NCBI GenBank assembly: GCA_965231005.1
Contig: OZ246405.1
Coordinates: 546,709-610,708 of the forward strand
Length of the DNA: 64,000 nucleotides
Direction: 5' to 3'
From: an uncultured Gammaproteobacteria bacterium
GTDB taxonomy: Bacteria > Patescibacteriota > Patescibacteriia > Magasanikbacterales > UBA922
The position numbers and the translations under genes are program-made. The notes under the pieces were generated by a model. The model ran no database searches. It had not been told where the DNA came from and saw only the letters and a list, made by a program, of their open reading frames with translations. Of the stretch, positions 47,501-57,166 are shown piece after piece. Within the stretch, counting starts at the first letter, position 1, and each line of letters starts with the position of its first letter.

Positions 47501-50500
47501 GAACAAACTGGTGGTAATGCAGCATGTCTGAACACACGTATTGCAACACGGTTTACAACAAACATGGATCTTTCAACATTAACAAAAGATACGTTTGTAT
47601 TGTATGAATGTGGGACAAAAGAAGAGGATTGTAATGACACAGAGAAAAAGAAAAAAGTTGACTGGAAAATTGATTCAAATACGAAGAAAGAAAAAATCGA
47701 TGTAACCAATACATCAATTCTTGGGACACCAAAAGAACTTAAACCAACAACATGGTATCGAGTAGAATTGTCTAATAAGATTCAATCAAATAATACTGTT
47801 AAAGTTGCAGGCGAAAATCAAGTAGAAAAAATTCCACTCGGAAACACTGCTGGATGTGGCAATGGAACAGCATACTGTTTTACATTTAAAACAGGTTCTG
47901 CGTCGTGTGCAATAACAGGAGCATATATCAATCCAGCAGAACATATTACTCGAACACTTGGTGTTGTACAACATCCAGGGTATCCAATTGATGACAATAT
48001 TGAAAAACCAAAATATCCGCTCAACTACATATTAACAGGAACAACAGATAATTCTTGTGTACCTATTGATGTAGATGGCCTTGGATGGAAATGGACAGGA
48101 CAAAAAGGTGTAGCAGAAGTAACAGAAGGATTTAAAGATACACGAGCAACAGTAAAAGCACTTCAGCATAGTGAAAAAGCAGTGACAATTTCTTCATCAT
48201 TGAAAAAGAACGCAGCAAAAAATATTGAAAAGGATATTACTGCAAAATCTCTCCTTCACATTGATTTACTTGAGCCAGAGGTTATATTCAATGAACCAGA
48301 GTGTCTTGGATCATGTGTGAATCCACAAATACGTGCAGTGTTCAATCGTCATATGGATAAGAGTACCTATGCAAAAGGATTCAAGATGTACACATGTACC
48401 GATGCGAGCTGTGAAAAAAGACAAGTCTTAAAAGACGCAAAGGTAGATGAAATTGCTTCAACGGCAACGGTTATTGATATTGCTCTCAATAATGCGCTTG
48501 CAACAAGTACGTACTATCAGGTTGTTCTTGATAAAAATATTCGCGCGCTTAGTGGTTCTTCTAAGATTGTTGGAAAAGAATTAAAAGAAAAGAATTGGGT
48601 ATTTAAGACACAAGATGATCCAACACCATGTACTGTGTCGTACATGACACTCGATCCAAAAGATCATGTTGCAACACAAGTTGGTGAAAAAACAATATTT
48701 ACAGTAAATCCATATAGTAGTTCAAACAAATGTAGTGCTGTTGGACAGCCACTCGACAGATGGAAATTTGATTATGAATGGAAAACAGGAGATGTAGATG
48801 TTGCAACAGTATCACACTTTAAAAATACACCACTGTCAGCATTGAACCAGTCATGTTCAACAAGCTGTCTTCCAAGAGGAAGCGATATCTTACGAACAGG
48901 AACCGACAATCAAAAAATTGTTTGTGGAGATGGAGTAGTAAGTAAAGGAGAGGATTGTGACATTGGCATTCAAGGAGAAATTGTTGGACAGTCTTGTACA
49001 ATAAACTGTTTGCGTCCTGGAAATAATAATATTGATAAAGCAAACACGTGTGGTGATAAAAATATTGATAAACAATTTGGTGAAGAATGTGATCCAGGAA
49101 AAGATAAAGAAGGAAATGTTATAACAGATGATCCTGCATGTACGTCACTTTGTCAGCACAGAGGGTCAACACCATTTGATGGGTCAGCAAAAGCAAATTG
49201 TGGTGATGGAATTACTGACAAGGCAAAAGGTGAAGAATGTGATCCAGGAAGTGATAAAAATAAAAAAGTAAAAACAGATGATCCGTTCTGCACATCTAGC
49301 TGTCTCAAACGAGGAACAGATCTTGCTGCAGCATGGTGTGATGTTCAAAAGAATAAACCAGCTGAGTGTAAGGCAGCAAAAAGTGTTTGTGGTAATCTTC
49401 CAAATAGTGTTCTTGAATTAGATGAAGAATGTGAAATTGAATTTGATCCTGCTGATAAAAAATGGGGTCTGAGAATTCGCGGTGTTCCCGGGTTGTACCA
49501 AAAACATGAGACAAAGAAATTAGCACAATTATACTGTTCAAACAATTGTCGTTTGATCAATCTTTGTGAATTGCAAAATAAATTACCAAATAACGTTCCA
49601 AATGATTTAAATGGATGGTGGTGTCAGGCAGGACAAGAAGGATGTACAGATTCTTGTAAGATTGCAGGGGCATCTCCTGAATATTCAGAGCCATCAATCT
49701 GCGGTGATGCAGTAAAAGGAACTGGGGAATATGGTGCCTGTGAATTAGAAAAGGCAGACGTCAATCCAAATGACGGTCCTGCACAAGTTGTTACAGCAGT
49801 TGGAAAGAAAAAAACACAGGGAAATGCACAAAAAACATTTATTCAAGCAACACTTTCATCAAACAAAAATATTATTGCAAAGGCAGATTATGCATTGCAA
49901 TGTGGATTTACAGAATATGTCGAAGTGAGTGTTGGAAAGAAATTTAATGATTGTCCAAACGGAACAGATGGAGTATCATCGTCTGATTCTTGTTGTTATC
50001 CACGACCAAAGCGTTCTCTTGTATATCCAAAAGACGGATCAGGATTGACAGACCAAAATAATATTTGTCGAAACACGTCTATTCATGTGGAATACGATAA
50101 GGAAATAAGTCTTGAAAGTGTAAAGAAAAATGCAATGTTATTGCGTGGATACAAAGCACCATATGCATGTGACAATACAAAGGGAGAAAAAGATGTAAGC
50201 AAAGAAGTTGGAACATACCTTGCGTATGATACATCAAATGAACCTTCTGGATGGTTTGAAAAGATTTGGTTTAGCATTAAAAAATTCCTTGTATCTGTAT
50301 TTAAAGTTGATTCACTTGCAATTAACTTCAATGTCACAACATATATCAAGGATGTAGAAAAGATTTCTGTATGGTGTGAAATTGGCGGTGGTCTAAAACC
50401 ATCTGTCGATGTTCAAAAAGACGCACAAGGGAAAGTAGTAAAAAGTACAGTGCATTTATCACTAACAAATGTTCTTGGTGCAGATTCTGTGTATGCTGTA

Positions 50501-53500
50501 ATGCTTAAGAGTGGTCCAGATGGTGTACAAGATACAAATGGTGTGAGCATTGCAAATCCAGACGTGTTATTGCTGCGAGATGATATGTGGGCGTTTAAAA
50601 CAGGAAAAGATATTTGTAAATTAGAAAAAGTTGATGTACAACCAAATCTCTATTTGTTTAATAAGCCAGAAACATCTCATAATTTCCAGGCGGTTGCGTA
50701 TGGAAAAAATAATGTTCTTCTTACCCCAACACCTGCATACAAGTGGGATTGGGATTGGCAACCAAAGGAAAATCCTGTATTTGATATTCCAGCAAAAGGT
50801 TCTGCAACATCGACTTCAGGAGTGACCATTGCTTCAAAAAATGTGCAGGGAACACTTGCTGCATTTGCAACTGCACGGGTTACTGCAGACGTAAGTGCAA
50901 ACAACAATCAAGTTGGTAAGATTTTCTCTGGTATTTCAGAACTTACATCACAATTTTGTGAAACACCATGGCCAGCATATCAAAAAGATGGAACATGGAA
51001 ACCATACAATGATGCGAAATTTAATTTTAGCTTTAAGTACTGTTCAGATGCTGGAAAAACTGGTGTCACAACAGACGATCTTCCATTTTTGAAAAAAGTT
51101 GTCCCAGATTCAAAACGTTGTTCAGTTACTGGTGCATTTTGTAAGGTAGACAGTGATTGTGAAATTGCGCCTGCATATCCAACAGATACATATACATTGA
51201 TTCAAACTCCAAGTGGAGGTTATGACTTCAAAGAATTAAAAGACGTCGGTGCACTCTGCTTTGGTCGAGTAAAACCAAAACAATATATTGCATGTAAAAC
51301 AGCACTAGACTGTCCTGCAGATTATCCAGTTTGTGGTTGGAGTGACAATGGATGTGTAAAATATAACGTCCCTCCTAAGCCAATTCCTGCACCAAATAAT
51401 AATGCATGTACAACAAAAGAATATCCAGATGCATTTAAGTCAAGCACATTTATTGATCATGCAAAAGTAAAACAAACATGTGAAGGAAAAGAACCTGTGT
51501 TTGATAAAAAAGATTCACTAACACAGCCAATCGAAAAGTTATTGTTTTTTGATGAACATGGGAAAAACAGTGATGCTATTGGTGTACAGATTTTTGATAA
51601 CAATGGTACAACTGGTGATGGAAACAAACGACTCACAGCACTTCAGTGGTATACGAAACGTTTCCCAGATGCGCCTGCTCCACAAAAAGTATCTTCAGGA
51701 AACTATGACGCAGTCACAGACGGAAATAATTATTATATAAATGCTTTGAACATTGTAAAAAATCCACAAAGTGGAACAAAAGTATTTAGCAACATTTATG
51801 TATTTAGTATTAGTGAAGGTGCACAAGAAAATACAAAAAAAGTGTTTGAAGAAGTGTTACAATCACTTACCTTTAATACAAACTTAACTGACTATGGATA
51901 TTGTATTGATAGTGCAATTGATCCTGCAAAAGTTGACTTTACAGAAGAAGTAACAGAAGGAAAGAAATATGCATATAGCAAAGTAACATGTTCTACTGAC
52001 TTTGATTGTGCAGATAAATCTGGAAAGCCACTCAAAGGAACAAATGGTATTTGTTCAAATGCAAAGACCAAATTCTTGCGCGATTGGCAGCGTCTTGGTC
52101 ATATTAAAGATGCACAAACAAAAATAAAAGCATATCAAGATAAAATAGAAAATAAGACATTCCCAGAGTTAAAAGGTGGTTCGTTTATTCCAGGGTATTC
52201 CACATCAAAATGGTCATCATGGGGAACGCTTAGCAGTATTGTTGGGGGATTGAATACAGACCCGATTAATCAATGGACACAGTGTGATGGTGCTGATCCT
52301 CAGACATGTTGGAATTCTGGACAGTCACAATATTTATGTCCATTGAAGTCAAGTGTGTATGAGTATATTTACAAACCGCCAACACCAGATGGAAAAGTTG
52401 CATCTACAGGAGAATACACTATTCATGTCCCTCTTGAATACTTCCAAGACAAATCACAACTTTGGGTAGAATTTGGAAAAGACTTTATTCTTAGTGATGC
52501 GTCTCTTGGCATTACACAATTTTGTACACCATCAACAACATATAGTCCGTTTAGTGGAAGTTGTGGAGACGGTGTTGTTCAACCAACTGAACAATGTGAT
52601 CCTGTAGGCGGGACAAAAATAGTCGATTCAAGTTTATGTAAGGATCTCAAACAAGGAGACAGCTGTGTTGCTACATGTACAAATCAATGTACATGGGAGT
52701 ACAAACCAGAATTTTTCTCACTGTGTAATGAAAAACTAACTGGACAACAAATTTGTTGTGGAAACGGTATTGTTCAGGGAAATGAATCATGTGATGATGG
52801 CCCACTCAATGGAACATATGGTCATTGTAATGTGTATTGTAAAGCACCAAGTCCACAGTACTGTGGAAATAACAAACGTGATTACATAGACGCAAATAAA
52901 AATAATAAGTACGATCCAGGTGAAAACAATCAAGGTGAAACATATCTTGAGTTGTGTGATCCTTCAGCAGGCGACTGGGATTTATACAATATAGATGAAA
53001 AGAAATCATGTAGTCCAACATGTCAGGGACCAGGGTTGTTCTGTGGTGATGAAATTGTTTCAAATGGAGAGCAGTGTGATGATGGAAATAACATAAGCAA
53101 AGATGGATGTAGTAGCACGTGTAAAAAAGAAAACATTGCCTGCATGAAAAAATTGCCGCAGTACTTATACAATTCAGTAAATGGAAATACAAAGATTCTC
53201 ATTACTCGAATTGATAAGAAAGCGTACGAAGAACAAGTAAAGAATTTTGCAGAAAAGAAATTTAAAGTAGATGCAAAATTTGTACCCGGCACAACACATA
53301 TTGATGAATGTTTTGAAATGACTGGAGATGCGATTTGTTCTGCAGCCACAGGAGATAAATGTTTGTCAGTCCAAGGAGATGGAAAGCAAAAATTTGAAAA
53401 TTATGATTGTAACAAAGTTATTAATAAAAAGTTTGCTCCAAACATTGAAAATCCTAAAGACATTCGGTTTATTGTGACGTGTAAAGGTGAATACAGTGGA

Positions 53501-55642
53501 GACGTTCTAGATGATCAGAAAAAAGTAGAAGTTGGTTGTGGAAACTTGAAAGTTGAAAATTCAGAAACAACTCCAGGTACAGACTTAGAAGAAGTTTGTG
53601 ATGAAGGAACAAAGAATGGAATCAAATGTACACCAGGATATGGAGAGGCTTGTACCTACTGTGCAGCAGATTGTAAAAAAGTCCTTACTGTTGATCCTGT
53701 TGCATACTGTGGAAATCAAGCTATTGATGTAAACCATGGAGAAAAATGTGAATTTGAAGGCACAGTAGATAAACAAACAACAGTATATAAAACAAATATT
53801 GGAAAACCAGGAAATAGAGAAGAAATCGCTTGTGACGATGCTGGAAGGTATGAATGTCTAAAACAATGTACAGTACTATCAAAACAATGTGTTACTTGTG
53901 GTTTGGTTAAAAAGAAGACAGAGGCGCGTGTGGCACTTATCAATCCAATGAAGCAAGATTTTTCAACAAATGATGTTCCTGGACTTCCTGCAACTATTGC
54001 ACTCGTAAGAAAGGACTCTCCAAATACAAAAGAAGATTACGAATTGCTGAAATGGAGAGTAATGTCTGCGTCAAAAGATAAAAAGGACGAATTTAAACTC
54101 AATACGAGTTTTACATTTGTTGCTCCATTTGAAAAAGATAAAATTGGAACAATAGAAACATCATTACTTTGTGACAAAGATGCAAATGGAAATGGGGGAT
54201 ATGGTGTTGTGTTAGGCGGTGGCATTGGAGGAAAAACAGGAATCTATGACAACAAAGGACTTTCAGAAAAACTAAAGGCAGGGGCTGTTGATTTCTTTGA
54301 ATATCCTGTGAGTGGTGAACTTGGATTTGTAAAGCATGAATATGTTTATTCTCCTCCAGTTCCAGAAAACGTATTCCGTGTAGTTGTAAAATGGACTGAC
54401 AAGGAAAATAAAAAAGGATTGAAGTTCCAAGGAAATGTTCAAAATCCATGGGTGAATTCTGGAAAAGTTGTTAATTATCTTTCTTCATTTAATAAAGATG
54501 ATAAATTAAGTTATATCTGTTCAACTGGTAGAGATTTTGCCAAGGATTGTCCAGACAGACATCGAAATAAAGTATATATCCATCCATATGTAAATGGAGA
54601 GACGATTTTCACACAATCATTTACTATTGATGCAAGTCAATCAGTTGGTTCATACCGTTTCTTCGTTGATAGCTTAACTGGTCCTATAGGATTGAACACA
54701 AATACAGAATTGACTGTTGAGGTCTATGAACACAGAAAAGGGCAGGATGACGAATATTCAATATTAAAGCCTGCAAAAGTGTTTTCTCTTGCCGCTGCTG
54801 CTGATACAAGTAGTAACAAACTGGCAAAATACTGGCATGTATTCAACATTGTAAATGATGGAAAATCATATCAAGTGGAGTCAGTACAAGATGAACAAGG
54901 TGCTGTACAACCAAATGGGTCAATTGAAACAAATTTTGATACATTAAAGAAAAATACAATCGCAGATTCTCCAGATGCGCCTCCAGGGTATTCACTTCTT
55001 TCATTTTCAGAAAAAAAAGCAAAGAACTTTTTTGTAGAAGAAAATCCACCAGCAACGTTTAATCCAAAAGGGATAATGTCAGCATTTCGAACAAATGCAA
55101 AATGGTATAAAAAAGGTGATGACGGATTTATTTTTGATTCACATATTGCAAAAGAAAATTCTGTTTTGCAAACTACTGATTGTGGGTCTGTAGCAGATTG
55201 TACAAAAGTTGTTGATGGTAAGAATAATTATCGAGGGATAAATTCTGGGAAAAAGAATAATAAGGGAGCAACCTTGCGACTAGTAGGAAATGCTACAGAA
55301 ATGGAGGAAAGCAAAATATATCAATATGTTGTTGACTACAGTCCACAGCAAAAAAAGCAAAATGGAGAGTATGATTTTCCATTCTTAAAGGATTTTATAA
55401 CAAAAAATCCTACGTTTAGTATGGACGTTCGGATCGGTGTTGCAGATCAGAAAGACAAAAATAAATTTGTTATGAGTAATGTTGTTGGTCGATTAAACAA
55501 AAAGGATTTGAATAAGATTTCAACAACAGCCAAAAAGTGGTATGTCTACAAAGCTGTACGAATTGGAAAGAATATTTTTATAGATGTTATAGACAAATAT
55601 ATGCTTGGTGGAGCTAAGCCACCATATGCTCAATATGAATAA
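44540..55642 (+). CDS. Giant surface protein (3700 aa) with a VirB2/TrbC-like N-terminal module and many Myxococcus-type cysteine-rich repeats
   Basis: The N-terminus is TDTFGIQSVDGEVSLGKEDIRITITKIISTALGLLGIMAVGIVLYGGFKWMTAGGNEEQVLDAKRLLINGLIGLVIIMSAWAIARFVLAKL. At least 8 repeats follow the pattern CGDG(I/V)....E.CD.G........C (CGDGVVSKGEDCDIG, CGDKNIDKQFGEECDPG, CGDGITDKAKGEECDPG, CGDGVVQPTEQCDP, CGNGIVQGNESCDDGPLNG, CGDEIVSNGEQCDDGNNISKDGCSSTCK, CGNQAIDVNHGEKCEFEG). This is a single uninterrupted 11.1-kb ORF. Confidence 0.8.
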   Translation: MRYWNTITFKQKVITALMMAFVLVSFMPISVFAVGAGESCQNAVCDSGLACNDDKVCVATDTFGIQSVDGEVSLGKEDIRITITKIISTALGLLGIMAVGIVLYGGFKWMTAGGNEEQVLDAKRLLINGLIGLVIIMSAWAIARFVLAKLSDATGSGSVPCIGEDCKKDEEQIKVVIPTGGDECAAENELFVLQSITPNQDETGMNNIVMRAIFSKDVQTPLEDIFVIEQDKNLKNKNSFTYKYADDAGQRIVEAVYKGDTSCAAGGKDCLPEGKTYTVKVHKNVKGPGGEALQNEKLKVTCPDTKIDTLVKDGATFKVDKKATDAQDPSIKVQILDQSGVVVASLGQKEPKVEAGKTYDVLITAFDDSGMGYIRTILTDHASKKILDKWSGPSSESDKVFQKTYSFTVGAAVEKGAAMNIEVEAFDIDHKKEEKQLTLSVVNDKSGGEGSYCKKILDCKLGLKCVANVCSASPYITNMDPDNGAPGNWITIAGQHFGEKPGKIQFSFDKNKNGQIDGADEWKDAKIVACNDKKPMWTDNFVIVEVPSDKDIGLEAFVKVITESGEEDTSGDDFGPLAAPFEKGDGVPNGVFKRNSTKRPGLCQVVAKKDLATQAKPEESIHTLGSGFGPKEQAGKILFGGKAFDGLHWNEVNVEIPVPTNLNPATVDVRVQAKNGEKSNGVLFTVLPGDADLELPIIDNIDPATSTVNSFVTITGRNFGDSGKIFLTLEKGGVCPGGGCMEIKTPAVCGNTWSDKQVVAEIPNVQTINFTKPYYVVIQNGKTKKSSNGQQSLRVIKGDPIPGLCSITPNKGPAPLPAGVDLVLKGNNFDKPTVYFYKKGADIKKVSEWFKQAVDKLKSASKTEIVTLLPLEKTGKSMPTGPIRVGVGSKLSNSVNYEVVDCTVDASGKPGEEYRCCSAEGPDKGLWKHTKNVCSGEVRDAGYVWRFTTGKFPEIPYVVEQTTCTPEKDANGKLKDVKELSSPSPWKEQTGGNAACLNTRIATRFTTNMDLSTLTKDTFVLYECGTKEEDCNDTEKKKKVDWKIDSNTKKEKIDVTNTSILGTPKELKPTTWYRVELSNKIQSNNTVKVAGENQVEKIPLGNTAGCGNGTAYCFTFKTGSASCAITGAYINPAEHITRTLGVVQHPGYPIDDNIEKPKYPLNYILTGTTDNSCVPIDVDGLGWKWTGQKGVAEVTEGFKDTRATVKALQHSEKAVTISSSLKKNAAKNIEKDITAKSLLHIDLLEPEVIFNEPECLGSCVNPQIRAVFNRHMDKSTYAKGFKMYTCTDASCEKRQVLKDAKVDEIASTATVIDIALNNALATSTYYQVVLDKNIRALSGSSKIVGKELKEKNWVFKTQDDPTPCTVSYMTLDPKDHVATQVGEKTIFTVNPYSSSNKCSAVGQPLDRWKFDYEWKTGDVDVATVSHFKNTPLSALNQSCSTSCLPRGSDILRTGTDNQKIVCGDGVVSKGEDCDIGIQGEIVGQSCTINCLRPGNNNIDKANTCGDKNIDKQFGEECDPGKDKEGNVITDDPACTSLCQHRGSTPFDGSAKANCGDGITDKAKGEECDPGSDKNKKVKTDDPFCTSSCLKRGTDLAAAWCDVQKNKPAECKAAKSVCGNLPNSVLELDEECEIEFDPADKKWGLRIRGVPGLYQKHETKKLAQLYCSNNCRLINLCELQNKLPNNVPNDLNGWWCQAGQEGCTDSCKIAGASPEYSEPSICGDAVKGTGEYGACELEKADVNPNDGPAQVVTAVGKKKTQGNAQKTFIQATLSSNKNIIAKADYALQCGFTEYVEVSVGKKFNDCPNGTDGVSSSDSCCYPRPKRSLVYPKDGSGLTDQNNICRNTSIHVEYDKEISLESVKKNAMLLRGYKAPYACDNTKGEKDVSKEVGTYLAYDTSNEPSGWFEKIWFSIKKFLVSVFKVDSLAINFNVTTYIKDVEKISVWCEIGGGLKPSVDVQKDAQGKVVKSTVHLSLTNVLGADSVYAVMLKSGPDGVQDTNGVSIANPDVLLLRDDMWAFKTGKDICKLEKVDVQPNLYLFNKPETSHNFQAVAYGKNNVLLTPTPAYKWDWDWQPKENPVFDIPAKGSATSTSGVTIASKNVQGTLAAFATARVTADVSANNNQVGKIFSGISELTSQFCETPWPAYQKDGTWKPYNDAKFNFSFKYCSDAGKTGVTTDDLPFLKKVVPDSKRCSVTGAFCKVDSDCEIAPAYPTDTYTLIQTPSGGYDFKELKDVGALCFGRVKPKQYIACKTALDCPADYPVCGWSDNGCVKYNVPPKPIPAPNNNACTTKEYPDAFKSSTFIDHAKVKQTCEGKEPVFDKKDSLTQPIEKLLFFDEHGKNSDAIGVQIFDNNGTTGDGNKRLTALQWYTKRFPDAPAPQKVSSGNYDAVTDGNNYYINALNIVKNPQSGTKVFSNIYVFSISEGAQENTKKVFEEVLQSLTFNTNLTDYGYCIDSAIDPAKVDFTEEVTEGKKYAYSKVTCSTDFDCADKSGKPLKGTNGICSNAKTKFLRDWQRLGHIKDAQTKIKAYQDKIENKTFPELKGGSFIPGYSTSKWSSWGTLSSIVGGLNTDPINQWTQCDGADPQTCWNSGQSQYLCPLKSSVYEYIYKPPTPDGKVASTGEYTIHVPLEYFQDKSQLWVEFGKDFILSDASLGITQFCTPSTTYSPFSGSCGDGVVQPTEQCDPVGGTKIVDSSLCKDLKQGDSCVATCTNQCTWEYKPEFFSLCNEKLTGQQICCGNGIVQGNESCDDGPLNGTYGHCNVYCKAPSPQYCGNNKRDYIDANKNNKYDPGENNQGETYLELCDPSAGDWDLYNIDEKKSCSPTCQGPGLFCGDEIVSNGEQCDDGNNISKDGCSSTCKKENIACMKKLPQYLYNSVNGNTKILITRIDKKAYEEQVKNFAEKKFKVDAKFVPGTTHIDECFEMTGDAICSAATGDKCLSVQGDGKQKFENYDCNKVINKKFAPNIENPKDIRFIVTCKGEYSGDVLDDQKKVEVGCGNLKVENSETTPGTDLEEVCDEGTKNGIKCTPGYGEACTYCAADCKKVLTVDPVAYCGNQAIDVNHGEKCEFEGTVDKQTTVYKTNIGKPGNREEIACDDAGRYECLKQCTVLSKQCVTCGLVKKKTEARVALINPMKQDFSTNDVPGLPATIALVRKDSPNTKEDYELLKWRVMSASKDKKDEFKLNTSFTFVAPFEKDKIGTIETSLLCDKDANGNGGYGVVLGGGIGGKTGIYDNKGLSEKLKAGAVDFFEYPVSGELGFVKHEYVYSPPVPENVFRVVVKWTDKENKKGLKFQGNVQNPWVNSGKVVNYLSSFNKDDKLSYICSTGRDFAKDCPDRHRNKVYIHPYVNGETIFTQSFTIDASQSVGSYRFFVDSLTGPIGLNTNTELTVEVYEHRKGQDDEYSILKPAKVFSLAAAADTSSNKLAKYWHVFNIVNDGKSYQVESVQDEQGAVQPNGSIETNFDTLKKNTIADSPDAPPGYSLLSFSEKKAKNFFVEENPPATFNPKGIMSAFRTNAKWYKKGDDGFIFDSHIAKENSVLQTTDCGSVADCTKVVDGKNNYRGINSGKKNNKGATLRLVGNATEMEESKIYQYVVDYSPQQKKQNGEYDFPFLKDFITKNPTFSMDVRIGVADQKDKNKFVMSNVVGRLNKKDLNKISTTAKKWYVYKAVRIGKNIFIDVIDKYMLGGAKPPYAQYE

Positions 55643-55645
55643 TAT

Positions 55646-56038
55646 ATGACAAATAGTAAAAAAATATTAATTGCAATTTTATTTATCATCATTATTGGAG
55701 TTATTGCGTATGTATTTACGAGTATGCGTTCAAACAAACAAGATGATAAAAATGTTCTACAAAATTTAGAAGAAAGTGTAGAGGATGAATTTCAAATTTT
55801 TGTAAAACCACCAACAATAGAAAACGATGATGATGCAGATGGTATTTCAAACGATGATGAAAAAAAGAGTGGAACAAGTAATACAGAATTTGATACAGAT
55901 GGAGATGGAATAAGTGATTTTGATGAAATTAATACATGGAAAACAGATCCAACAAAAAATGATACAGACGGAGACGGTTTTGCAGATGGTTTTGAAATTA
56001 TTGGTGGATACAATCCATTAGGAGAAGGACAATTATAA
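55646..56038 (+). CDS. Membrane-anchored protein with thrombospondin type-3-like Ca-binding repeats
   Basis: The TM helix is ILIAILFIIIIGVIAYVF. Repeats include DDDADGISNDDE, DTDGDGISDFDE and DTDGDGFADGFE, ending GGYNPLG. Confidence 0.55.
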   Translation: MTNSKKILIAILFIIIIGVIAYVFTSMRSNKQDDKNVLQNLEESVEDEFQIFVKPPTIENDDDADGISNDDEKKSGTSNTEFDTDGDGISDFDEINTWKTDPTKNDTDGDGFADGFEIIGGYNPLGEGQL

Positions 56039-56074
56039 TAGATATTAGATAATAAATATTAGATATTATTCAGT

Positions 56075-56938
56075 ATGTTTGACGATCATAAACCAACAAC
56101 ACCAGCAGCGGGTGGTTCTGCTCCGTCTAATCTTCCTCTTGGTGAGGCAGAGGATATGTTTTCAGGAGTTGATGCTGCACCTCCTCCACCTCCTCCTGCA
56201 TCACCAAATCCTCCTGAAGCTTCAGAAGCACCACCTGTGCAGCAAACAGTGCCTGAGACTGCATTGGGTGCTGGTGTTCTTAAACCAAAAACAGAGCAGC
56301 CCCTAGAACCAGAACCAAAGGCTATTCCAGCTCCAGTACAACCAGCAGCGCCATCCATTCCACTTGCACCTCAACCTGGAGCAGATCAGTCGCAGCCATT
56401 GCCAGAGACATATGATATAAAAGAGCCTACAACCAGTCGCGGAATTATTATGATTATTATTATTTTGGTCGTTATTGTTATTCTTGGTGGTGGTGGATGG
56501 TTTATATATGCAAATATTATAAAATCAAATGATACAAGTGATTTTGGAAATGTTCCGTCGACACAAAATCCTCCAGCTGAACAGCCTGGATTGATTTCTG
56601 ACACAGCATTGGATTCAAATGATTCAAATTCAACAGGAGAGCTCACAAACAAAGTTATTGATGACAATTTGTTATTTGGTAAACCAGTAGATCAAGACAA
56701 TGATGAATTAGATGATCTTCGTGAAGGACAAATTGGTACAAATCCAATTCATTGGGATACAGATGGTGATGGGTTAAGTGATGGAGAAGAAGTTATTATT
56801 TGGAAAACTGATCCGCTGAGTCCTGACACAGATAAAGATGGGTATGATGATGGTGCAGAAGTAAAAGCTGGATATAGTCCAACAGGGCCAGGACGTCTAT
56901 TTGAGCCACCAACCGCAACAAGTACCGTTACACAGTAA
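56075..56938 (+). CDS. Pro-rich membrane protein with TSP3-like repeats
   Basis: A Pro/Ala-rich N-terminus is followed by the TM helix IIMIIIILVVIVILGGGGWFIY. Repeats DTDGDGLSDGEE and DTDKDGYDDGAE end with AGYSPTGPG. Confidence 0.55.
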   Translation: MFDDHKPTTPAAGGSAPSNLPLGEAEDMFSGVDAAPPPPPPASPNPPEASEAPPVQQTVPETALGAGVLKPKTEQPLEPEPKAIPAPVQPAAPSIPLAPQPGADQSQPLPETYDIKEPTTSRGIIMIIIILVVIVILGGGGWFIYANIIKSNDTSDFGNVPSTQNPPAEQPGLISDTALDSNDSNSTGELTNKVIDDNLLFGKPVDQDNDELDDLREGQIGTNPIHWDTDGDGLSDGEEVIIWKTDPLSPDTDKDGYDDGAEVKAGYSPTGPGRLFEPPTATSTVTQ

Positions 56939-57166
56939 AAGAACCTTGTTGATTTTAGATGCGATAAAATAATTATTTCAAAGTATGAATACTTATTATC
57001 TACTATTTAATATCTATTATTTATTAGCATCTTAGATTAGTCTAATAATTGTTTTAGGTTCTATTATTTGAAATTTTTATGGCAGCTAACAATATAGCAA
57101 TGCAGCAATATAACAATATAATCCGAATTCTATATATTAGATAATATATATTAGATATTATTTTTT

